From the IMG/VR virus record IMGVR_UViG_3300043403_000016, positions 1 to 30,446 of that record: a stretch of 30,446 nt of DNA; one strand, written 5' to 3'. This DNA is from a virus. Lineage: Duplodnaviria; Caudoviricetes. The translations under genes and the position numbers were made by a program. Shown here piece after piece: positions 16,814 to 24,447 of the stretch. The notes under the pieces are model-generated. The model saw only the letters and a list, made by a program, of their open reading frames with translations. It was not told where the DNA came from and did no database searches. Positions within the stretch are counted from its first letter, which is position 1; each line of letters starts with the position of its first letter.

Positions 16814-17587
16814 TTAGTTCATGGCCTGATCACGCTCTGCCATGAAGCGGCTGTAGAGAGCCGGATTCGCGGTCAGAACGTCATCGTAGGCTTTGGCGAA
16901 GGTGATATTCTCAGCCTTCTGTTTTTCCTTGGCGAGACGCTCGATCTCGCTTTCGGCGTTGCCCTTCTGCACGAGGTGCATCGGCAGGCCGGTGCTGCGC
17001 AGGCTATCCTCGACGGCGTTCGATGCCGCCTTGAGGACGCGGAGCAGTTCGGTCGCGTCCGATTCGTCCATGGCACCCATGGCGCGCTTCAGGATCGGCG
17101 CGAAGGTCTCGGCCTTGACCGGGAGACCGGGCATGTCGCTGGTGATCTGCGACGCGACCTTCTTGATCTCGCGTTCTTCGTCGAGTTGCGCCAGTTGCTT
17201 CGCAGCGGCAGCGTTCGCCTTGCGCAGCTTGATGATCTCGGCTGCGACCAGCGGGTCGGCTGCCTTCAGGATGGGGTCTTCGCCGTCGTCGGCTGCACCC
17301 TTGGCTGCCTGTGCGGCTGCCAGACTCTTTTGCAAGGCCGCGATGGTCACGTCCTTTGCTGCGCTGTCTGCATTCGCCTTGGTCACGCTGCCTTGAAGGT
17401 CGGCGATGGTCTTCGTCGCCTCGTTCATCTGCGCGACCATCTTTTCGAGGTCGGTCATCGGTTTCCCTCCGTTGCTGCGGTCATCCCGCTTGAAAATGGT
17501 CACGACGGCGTTCGCGTCCGCGCCGGAATCGACGATAGAGATTTCGTCGAGACGGATCTTGCGCAGTCGGTATTTGGGCTGGGTCAT
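16814..17587 (-). CDS. protease C-terminal segment fused to the capsid scaffolding protein (257 aa; probable internal start at 17458)
   Basis: N-terminal RLRKIRLDEISIVDSGADANA resembles the LxEvSxVxxPAn segment of HK97-type proteases. The rest is helical, ending ITFAKAYDDVLTANPALY. GGAGGG lies before Met44. Confidence 0.75.
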   Translation of the reverse strand: MTQPKYRLRKIRLDEISIVDSGADANAVVTIFKRDDRSNGGKPMTDLEKMVAQMNEATKTIADLQGSVTKANADSAAKDVTIAALQKSLAAAQAAKGAADDGEDPILKAADPLVAAEIIKLRKANAAAAKQLAQLDEEREIKKVASQITSDMPGLPVKAETFAPILKRAMGAMDESDATELLRVLKAASNAVEDSLRSTGLPMHLVQKGNAESEIERLAKEKQKAENITFAKAYDDVLTANPALYSRFMAERDQAMN

Positions 17588-17997
17588 GCGAGCGTCCTTT
17601 GCCCTTTGCCGCCAATCGAGAAGGCAGCCAGCGTTCCGTCCTTGATCATGTCCCAGACCAAGTCGTCATGCACCTTGGCGACCACCCAGAGAGCGTCGAT
17701 GTCTGCGCTCATGTGAGGGGGTCGGAAATCTCCCGCGAGGACCGCCATCTCGACGATCTCGCCACCGGCAATCGGTTTGCCGTCGGGGCCGGGGATATGC
17801 ATCACCCCCATCTTGCGCCCGCTTTTCATGAATTCGTGGACGGCTTCGCGCAGGTCTTCCGGGTCGATGGAGTCGCCTTGCGTGTCGTGCAACAGGAGAC
17901 CTGCGACCTTGCTCACATAGGCGTATCCGCCGACCAGCCGACGGTCGGGATCCCGCGCTGCCTTCGCAAAATCGACGTTAAGGGTAAAGTCGTCCAT
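17584..17997 (-). CDS. XkdF-like prohead serine protease (137 aa)
   Basis: RRLVGGYAYV, DTQGDSI, EAVHEFM, GVMH, IVE, WVVAKV.D..VWDMIKDG.LAAFSIGG. Confidence 0.85.
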   Translation of the reverse strand: MDDFTLNVDFAKAARDPDRRLVGGYAYVSKVAGLLLHDTQGDSIDPEDLREAVHEFMKSGRKMGVMHIPGPDGKPIAGGEIVEMAVLAGDFRPPHMSADIDALWVVAKVHDDLVWDMIKDGTLAAFSIGGKGQRTLA

Positions 17998-18066
17998 GGG
18001 CCTGCCGCGTTGCTGCTTGGCCTGTCTCGCATTGCTTTTTCATGCAAGGCAAGATTTTTCTTCGCG

Positions 18067-18603
18067 TTAAACGGCGATTTCCGCGATGCCCATGTAAGCC
18101 CGGACGGCAGAATCGATTTCCCCGTCGACGATGTGTTCCCAGTCTTCGCCGTTCATCTCCAAGGTTTCGGCATCCGAAATCGCCGAGAGGATCAGCGCAA
18201 TCGGCAGCGCCATGATCGCATCGGCGGCTTCGCTCTCCGGGTCCACCCCGACGGCGGCTGCGACGGATCGAACGATCTGGCCTGTCGGGCTGTTGAACCC
18301 TGCCGCCATGGGCTCGTAATTGTTCGACCGACCGAGAAGGATATCCACCATGCGCTGAATGCGGTCGGTAATGGCGGACGTCACGACTTCCTCACCCTTC
18401 TCTGTCGCCGCCGCGCGCATCTGCAGGATTTCGAACACGGTCATTCGCACCAAGGCATCGACGACGCTGGGGTTTCCGAGGAAGGTCTCAGATGCGCCTT
18501 CGTCCATCGGGACGTGAGTAAAGGGTTCATCCGCGAACCTCTCAAGAGAGCCTTTGGAAAAACCTTGCTCTTGCGCGGGCATCTGGGGTCTGGGTTTTTT
18601 CAT
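18067..18603 (-). CDS. hypothetical acidic helical protein (178 aa) immediately downstream of the ART-bearing gene
   Basis: Starts 4 nt after the giant ORF stop; no motif recognised. Confidence 0.65.
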   Translation of the reverse strand: MKKPRPQMPAQEQGFSKGSLERFADEPFTHVPMDEGASETFLGNPSVVDALVRMTVFEILQMRAAATEKGEEVVTSAITDRIQRMVDILLGRSNNYEPMAAGFNSPTGQIVRSVAAAVGVDPESEAADAIMALPIALILSAISDAETLEMNGEDWEHIVDGEIDSAVRAYMGIAEIAV

Positions 18604-18607
18604 GACG

Positions 18608-21600
18608 TCAATCCATGTGGTCTGGGTTGTAGGCGATCACTTCGATGATCGTCTTTCCGGGCGGCACCTGAGAGAAGAACGGGTCATCTGACGGCGGCTT
18701 GTCTTTGCCCTTGTAGACGCGCGAAATCATGAAGCGTGTGTTCCTTGGCAGCAGAATTTCTGCCTCCGTTAAGCCCATGCTGCTTGCGTCGTTCGATGCC
18801 ACGTCCATCCCTTTCAAACCCGGACCAGCGATGATGCGCATCCAGCTTTCGTTTTTGGCAAAGACGGGGGTTTCGTTCGGCTTGCTTCCACGAAGCGACG
18901 TGGAAATGATACCGGGCTCAGTAATAATCGACCCCTCTTGCGCCTTCCATCCAGCAAAATCCCCGTGATCGAAGGTGCGACTCATTACGAGGCCGGGCGG
19001 CAATTCGTAGGACGCTTCCCATATCTGTTTTGCCTGCTCCTTGTAGGTCTCGTGCTGCGAGGACTTCGGATTGCGAAGCGCGGGGTTGCTGCTCTGGTAT
19101 CCGCTGCCCGTGTATTTTTGCACGATGGCCTTTTTTGTGGGATCCTTCATGACGATGCTGGTCATTTGCTTGAATTTGGCCAGTTGTGTCGAGTTTTTGG
19201 CGATCACCGTCTGCGGGATAGTGTCATAAAGGGCTTGCGCGATCTTCGGGTCAACTTTCCCCACGACGACGTGCGCCTCGAATTTGTCTTTCGCCACGCC
19301 CTGCTTGGGAACCTTGAAGCCCTCAATGATCGACGTGACTGCCGCCTTCGGGTCGGCAGGCTTGCCTGTTGCGTCGAGCAAGGACCGCTTTTCCTGCTTG
19401 ATCCCGATGGTGTCGAGGCTTTGCTGCAGGACGGCCTTGTAGGACTTCAGTTGGTTCGACTGCGAGACGTCTTTCTGCAGCAGCCCCGCCTTGTCCTGCG
19501 CTACCGCCAATGCATAGAGGGATTGCGCAGCCTGTGTGTTGATCTGGTTGAATTGCGGCTGCGAATTGTAGAGCGGCTTGCCGGGTCCATGCCAGTTCGC
19601 GAAGTCGGGGGGGGTCTGCAAGGTCGATGGGTCGAACGGCTTCACCGTGGTTTCGGTCACGACCTGATAACCGCCGATGATGGCCGTCGACGATTTGAGC
19701 GGGGCTGCAGCCTGCGCCTTGACGCTCACCTTGATGGCGGCTTCCATGGCCGCTTTCTTGGGAGCCGCTGGCATCGCGTCGATGACCGCCTGCCCGCCCA
19801 AGGCCGACACCACGTTCGCGGCATAGGTCTTGGCTTTCACCGAGAAGCTGTTGCTGCCCTTGATTGTCGCGGACAAGGCTTGCACCTTTGCCGCCGCATC
19901 CGGGTCGCCCGACGTCGCCAGCTTGGCGATCTCATTCGCGATGGCGTTCAGCTTCACGTTCGGGTTGGCGGGCGACGACAGCTTGGGCTGCGCTGGCATC
20001 GCGGTCGGCACCTTGAGAGTGGTCACCGCATCCGGCTTAGGGACCGGGCTTAGGGTGAACGACGACGCGCTGCTTGTCGGATCGACACCAGCAACGATCA
20101 TGGCAGCCATCGCATCCGGGCCGGGGACCGGGTCCAGCGCATCGAAGTCGATGGTGTCGATGTCGATCAGGTCGTCGGCAAGGTTCGGCTTGAATCCCTG
20201 CGCGTTATTGGCCGCTTCGATCTGCGCTCCGAGGTTGGTCGGGTCCGCCGCCCAGTCGGGGTGCAGCATGTTTGTATCGGGCGCTGCCATGCCCGTCGCC
20301 TTCAGCTTTTGCGTCACGTCGGCAGGCGAGACCTTCGCCGCGCCCGTGACCATCCCGCCGTCGCCTTGGCCCGCCGTTTTCTTGGCTGCAATAGCGGCTT
20401 GCGCGTTCGCAATCACCTGCAGGTTTGCAAAGGCTTTCTTGTAGATGCCGTAGTTGGCCGACAGCTTCGCCGTCTTGGTGGTCGGGGCGTAGAAGCTGAG
20501 AGCGACACCCGCTGTGTCGCCGTTGAACGCCTTGACCGACACCTTGTCCAATGTATCGGTGTAGAAAGATGCCGACGACCCTGTCAGGCCCGCTTCGAGG
20601 TTGATGTTTTCCTTGATCTTGGCATCGGTCAGGTCCGACAGCACCTGTGTCGACTGGAGGTTCGCCATCCTCTCGACCATCGGGTCGCTATGCGCGATGG
20701 GGGTCTTGGTGGTGCCCGTCTGGGTCACGTCCATCGTGCTGGTCGTCTGAAAATCGGCGGACATGGCCACCGCCTTCGACTGCAGGTCAGTCAGGCGGTT
20801 GTCCATCTTGTCGATCAGGCCCATCGTGTCGGGCACCTTGTTCGACCCACCCCAGTGGTTCACGATGGCGCTTGCCGTCTCCTGTTTCAGGCCAAGGATG
20901 CCCGCGCCACTCGAATCCCCAAGCCCTGCGATGGCCTTCTGCATGCTGGCGACAATCTGCTCTTGCGTCATCTTGCCGAAGACCGCCGCCGCCTGCGGGT
21001 TGGTCAGCGGGTCGCGCATCGTGTCCAATTCGGCCACGTTGTCCTTGAATTTCGCGCCTTTGGGCTCGCCTTGCGCGCGGTAAAGCATCGACCCACCGGG
21101 GTCGACGAGGACCGCTTTCCCGGTCTTGGGGTCGATCATCAGGTTGTCAAAGCCCTGCCCGACGGCATCCCAGTTGGCCATCAGCGCGTGCGCCGCGAAG
21201 TCTTCCTGTGCTGCCTTGATGTGCGCCGGGTTTTTCTCGTCGAATTTGTTCAGGGTCATCATCTTGGACGCGACGCCGATGCCGCCTTTGTATTCGCCCC
21301 CGAGTTCGATCAGCTTCATCTCGGGGACCGAGACGCCCATCTGTTCGTAAAGTTTCGACGCCGCGACTTCGTTGAAGGCCATCTTTTCGCTGTTGTAGGA
21401 CTTCACCACCCACTGGTCGCCCGCCGCATCCTTGTAGAGCCCGCCCGCCGCCGTTCCGCCCGGCTTTGCTCCGACCTTGGTCAGCGTTGCGATGTCCATC
21501 GGATCCTTGAAAGTGCCGATGGGCTGGAGGTAGTCCACATTTTTAAGAGGCCCGACGCCCGCCTTGGCCTTGGGCGGCTGCTGACCGCCGTCCGGGGCGG

Positions 21601-23452
21601 GACCGCCGTAGAATTTCTTGCCCTGCCCCTTCATGACGTTGACGTAGGTCGCGGCTTCGTTCGCGCTCTCCCACGCTGCCGCGCTGTAGGTCTGGGTGGG
21701 CTTGGGTTTCAGGATCAGCTTCTGGGCTGACGGGTGCAGGTAGCCTTGGTTGGCCGCATCCTCCATCAGCTTGATCTTGGCGTTCAGGGCTTCTGACTGC
21801 GGGCCGGTCCCCCCGTGCTTCTGCAGGGTCAGGAACGTGCCTTCCTCGGCATGAATCATGCCCCACCCGCCGCTGCCGTAGCCACCCTTCGACCACCTGC
21901 CGCCCGTCGAAAATCCGGACGGGACGCGGGGCTGGGTTGACCATGCCTTCGCCTTTTCAATGACGTCTCCCAAGATTTCGACCAAGTCCGCAAACCCGAG
22001 AGCAAGTTTGATGATCTGGTCCGACTCACCTTTCAGTCTGGCAAGTATGGGCTTGTCGTTTATGTGATGCAAGGCGTCGTCGAGGTCTGCCATCGGGACA
22101 AGGTGCGACGCCGCCGTCTCCCAGTGGAAATCGGTCGGGTCGCCGCCGACGCGCTTGGCCGTGTAGTAGCGGGCCACGCTCGTGTTGCGCTCGAAATCGC
22201 CGATGTAGCCCGTCAGTTCGACCTTGAGCCCCGATTCCTCCCACGCTTCCTTGATCGCGGTCTGCCGCAGGTTCAGGCCGGGTTCGATCCCGCCCTTGGG
22301 GAGCGTCTCGAAATATCCGCCGAAGTTGTTCGTCGGGGTCAGGGTCCAGACGCGCCCGTCGTCTTCGGTGATCACTACGCCCGCACCCAGCCGCTTGCCC
22401 TTGGTCGCTGGCAGGTCGGGTTCGTCGAAGCTGCCCGTGCCATCGACCTTCGTCCAGTCGCCGCCCTCGGGTCCATCCCACGGCTTGAACGGGACACCGT
22501 TCAGCCCCTCGCCCGGATCGTGCCCCGCGACGAAGGTCGCGCGGTCGTCGGGGTTGGCATTGCTGGCGACGTCCGACGGCTTCTGGGGGTTCTTGAGGAC
22601 GATGCCCTCGTCATTGCCCAGCCATGCGGGCTGGCCGGTCATCTCGGATTCCTTCATCGGCTTCATGAAGGCCGCTTGCTGGGGGTCCGCCTTGTAGCGG
22701 TGCGCCGCCACGTCGTTCTGCCCCAGCCAAGGGGTCGTCAGGACGGGGCCTGCAGGGGCCGCTGGGGGCGCGGACGGGCCTTCCTTGCCCGACGCCCATC
22801 CCCCGCTCCCAGAGCCGCCCATGGCCTTCCATTGCCCGCCCTTGGGGCCTTGGCCGATGCGGGGCTGCGACCACCAGCCGCCCTTGGCGAGTTTCGCTTC
22901 GAAGTCGTCGTCGATGGGCTCGAAAATCTCGGGGCCGAAGCGCAGGACGCCTTGGTAGGGCTCGACCGATTCCAGATCGAAGTCCGGGCCGATGTCGTAG
23001 CTGATGGTGACGTGCGGGCGGTAGTGGTCGAAGTCGAACGACGCACCCTGATCGACCATCTCGCGGTGCCGCCATTCGAGGTCGCTCGACGCGAAGGCGA
23101 GGACGGCGACCTTCTTTTCCATCTTGCCGAAGCGGGCGAGGACGCGGGGTCCGCCCTTGCCGATCTCGACGGCGTCGCGGTAGTCGCGCTGCATGGCCAG
23201 CCAGTCGACGGGCTTGCGGCTGTAGCAGATGGTGACGTGCATCTCGCTGGCTGCGATGGGGGCCGGGATTCCGACGCGCTTCGCCCATGCCACCAGATCG
23301 CCGCCGTTCAGGAGGTCGCGACGGACGTAGAGCGGCTTGGGTTCGATCCCCTTGGCGACCGTCACGCGGGCCATTGCCGTTGCCAGTTCGAGGCTGGCCA
23401 TCGCTGCCTTGGCGCGCTTTGCGGGGAGCCTGCGGTCAAGGGGAGCGTTCAT
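18608..23452 (-). CDS. giant polyvalent protein (~1614 aa): Acb1-like 2H phosphodiesterase + Nudix + HipA/PI3-PI4K-like kinase + R-S-E ADP-ribosyltransferase
   Basis: Start reassigned to Met33 (23452; GAGG RBS). Numbered on the 1646-aa ORF: HVT104/HVT179; Nudix box 419-441; kinase VVK716, NE727, NWD794, DN802, VDPG816; ART R1524, STS1549-51, EAE1595-97. Confidence 0.85.
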   Translation of the reverse strand: MNAPLDRRLPAKRAKAAMASLELATAMARVTVAKGIEPKPLYVRRDLLNGGDLVAWAKRVGIPAPIAASEMHVTICYSRKPVDWLAMQRDYRDAVEIGKGGPRVLARFGKMEKKVAVLAFASSDLEWRHREMVDQGASFDFDHYRPHVTISYDIGPDFDLESVEPYQGVLRFGPEIFEPIDDDFEAKLAKGGWWSQPRIGQGPKGGQWKAMGGSGSGGWASGKEGPSAPPAAPAGPVLTTPWLGQNDVAAHRYKADPQQAAFMKPMKESEMTGQPAWLGNDEGIVLKNPQKPSDVASNANPDDRATFVAGHDPGEGLNGVPFKPWDGPEGGDWTKVDGTGSFDEPDLPATKGKRLGAGVVITEDDGRVWTLTPTNNFGGYFETLPKGGIEPGLNLRQTAIKEAWEESGLKVELTGYIGDFERNTSVARYYTAKRVGGDPTDFHWETAASHLVPMADLDDALHHINDKPILARLKGESDQIIKLALGFADLVEILGDVIEKAKAWSTQPRVPSGFSTGGRWSKGGYGSGGWGMIHAEEGTFLTLQKHGGTGPQSEALNAKIKLMEDAANQGYLHPSAQKLILKPKPTQTYSAAAWESANEAATYVNVMKGQGKKFYGGPAPDGGQQPPKAKAGVGPLKNVDYLQPIGTFKDPMDIATLTKVGAKPGGTAAGGLYKDAAGDQWVVKSYNSEKMAFNEVAASKLYEQMGVSVPEMKLIELGGEYKGGIGVASKMMTLNKFDEKNPAHIKAAQEDFAAHALMANWDAVGQGFDNLMIDPKTGKAVLVDPGGSMLYRAQGEPKGAKFKDNVAELDTMRDPLTNPQAAAVFGKMTQEQIVASMQKAIAGLGDSSGAGILGLKQETASAIVNHWGGSNKVPDTMGLIDKMDNRLTDLQSKAVAMSADFQTTSTMDVTQTGTTKTPIAHSDPMVERMANLQSTQVLSDLTDAKIKENINLEAGLTGSSASFYTDTLDKVSVKAFNGDTAGVALSFYAPTTKTAKLSANYGIYKKAFANLQVIANAQAAIAAKKTAGQGDGGMVTGAAKVSPADVTQKLKATGMAAPDTNMLHPDWAADPTNLGAQIEAANNAQGFKPNLADDLIDIDTIDFDALDPVPGPDAMAAMIVAGVDPTSSASSFTLSPVPKPDAVTTLKVPTAMPAQPKLSSPANPNVKLNAIANEIAKLATSGDPDAAAKVQALSATIKGSNSFSVKAKTYAANVVSALGGQAVIDAMPAAPKKAAMEAAIKVSVKAQAAAPLKSSTAIIGGYQVVTETTVKPFDPSTLQTPPDFANWHGPGKPLYNSQPQFNQINTQAAQSLYALAVAQDKAGLLQKDVSQSNQLKSYKAVLQQSLDTIGIKQEKRSLLDATGKPADPKAAVTSIIEGFKVPKQGVAKDKFEAHVVVGKVDPKIAQALYDTIPQTVIAKNSTQLAKFKQMTSIVMKDPTKKAIVQKYTGSGYQSSNPALRNPKSSQHETYKEQAKQIWEASYELPPGLVMSRTFDHGDFAGWKAQEGSIITEPGIISTSLRGSKPNETPVFAKNESWMRIIAGPGLKGMDVASNDASSMGLTEAEILLPRNTRFMISRVYKGKDKPPSDDPFFSQVPPGKTIIEVIAYNPDHMD

Positions 23453-23505
23453 CGGGGCCTCGTTATGGTCGGTTGCGGCTGGGGCGCAGGATAGCGCGGG
23501 CGGGT

Positions 23506-23517
23506 CTTTCGCGAAAG
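23506..23517. promoter_or_regulatory. perfect 12-bp palindrome CTTTCGCGAAAG (candidate operator)
   Basis: Lies in the divergent intergenic region, between the giant gene start and the + strand promoter. Confidence 0.4.
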
Positions 23518-23540
23518 TCACAGATTTCGTTAAGGCTGGC

Positions 23541-23569
23541 CTTGACATTCCGGGCGGGCCTGTCTATCT
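23541..23569 (+). promoter_or_regulatory. sigma70-type promoter CTTGAC-N17-CTATCT for the + strand island
   Basis: Contains TTGACA at 23542-23547; one mismatch to the rhizobial/alphaproteobacterial consensus CTTGAC-N17-CTATAT; ~50 nt upstream of ATG 23618, which has RBS GAAAGGA. Confidence 0.7.
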
Positions 23570-23617
23570 GCCTCTCCATCGCGGGACGAGGTGTCCTGCA
23601 CCTGAAAGGATACCCCG

Positions 23618-23968
23618 ATGAAACTCGCTCTTGTTGCCCTGACCGCTCTCGCCCTGTCGCCGTCTGTCGTTTTTGCCAGCGGCAACTCGCAGGCCATCTC
23701 AATGTGTCTGCAAACCCAGTATTCTGGCGTTCGCACGGCGCTGGAGCGTGATGCCAAGGATGCCGGGGCGGCAGAAGGCGTCGATCCTGCACCGCTTTTG
23801 GCGCAGCTTGACGGTCTGATGCAGACGCTTGAAGAGGGTCGCGCTGATCTGGCCGCTGCCGCTGCCGCTGACCCCTATGGCACCCTCAATCTGGTGGACA
23901 ACATCTACGGAGGCGACGACTCCGTCTCGCGCAAGATTCACCGCGCCATGGAAGTCTGCATTCTGTGA
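23618..23968 (+). CDS. secreted/periplasmic hypothetical protein (116 aa, signal peptide, 2 Cys)
   Basis: MKLALVALTALALSPSVVFA signal-like N-terminus; good RBS and promoter; one Cys near each end of the mature chain. Confidence 0.75.
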   Translation: MKLALVALTALALSPSVVFASGNSQAISMCLQTQYSGVRTALERDAKDAGAAEGVDPAPLLAQLDGLMQTLEEGRADLAAAAAADPYGTLNLVDNIYGGDDSVSRKIHRAMEVCIL

Positions 23969-24045
23969 AACCCGTGCCGAAACCCCGCGACCCTGCCGCG
24001 CACGCCCGTTCCTCGGGTGCGCTGCGGCAGGTCGTCATTCCGAAC

Positions 24046-24066
24046 AAAAAGCGGGCCCTGCCCCGC
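24046..24066 (-). terminator. possible - strand rho-independent terminator inside the island
   Basis: - strand GCGGG-GCAGGG-CCCGC-TTTTT; short 5-bp stem. A longer imperfect hairpin lies at ~23989-24033. Confidence 0.4.
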
Positions 24067-24096
24067 AAGGCCAAGCACCAGAAAGGCTGACTCCCC

Positions 24097-24447
24097 ATGG
24101 ACTCCGTTCCCGTTGAAACCATCGCTTGTGCCCTCGACACCATGCGGGTCGAAGCTGACCTGCTCCAGTTGGCGGGCTCATCCGTCGGTGACGCCCTCGC
24201 CTATGGCGTGCGGATTGCCGCGATTGAGCGGATTCGCAAGGAGTTGATCCCCACGATCACGGTAGGCACGCCGTCGCGCCCGATTCTGGCTGACGACGTC
24301 GAGTCGGCCACGCGCGGGCTTGGGCTGCGCTCTGCCGCGACCGACAAGGATCTGGCCACGACCCTTGCCCTGCACGCGGGCCGTCTGGCCTTCGCCTCGC
24401 AGGTCATCGTCGCCGCGATTCAGGCCGAGCAGGGCCGTCGCGCATGA
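24097..24447 (+). CDS. hypothetical helical protein (116 aa)
   Basis: RBS GAAAGG upstream; protein-like composition; ATGA overlap with the next ORF. Confidence 0.65.
   Translation: MDSVPVETIACALDTMRVEADLLQLAGSSVGDALAYGVRIAAIERIRKELIPTITVGTPSRPILADDVESATRGLGLRSAATDKDLATTLALHAGRLAFASQVIVAAIQAEQGRRA

Noticed and set aside
7133-17997. Gene transfer agent (RcGTA-like) cluster
   Set aside because: The DUF935-like portal, XkdF-like protease, gpE-like capsid, MuF and 1082-aa tape measure do not match the HK97-type, short-tailed RcGTA gene set
23453-23548. First 32 codons of the 1646-aa ORF
   Set aside because: This ATG overlaps the -35 box of the divergent promoter and lacks an RBS; Met33 has GAGG. 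Not fully excluded
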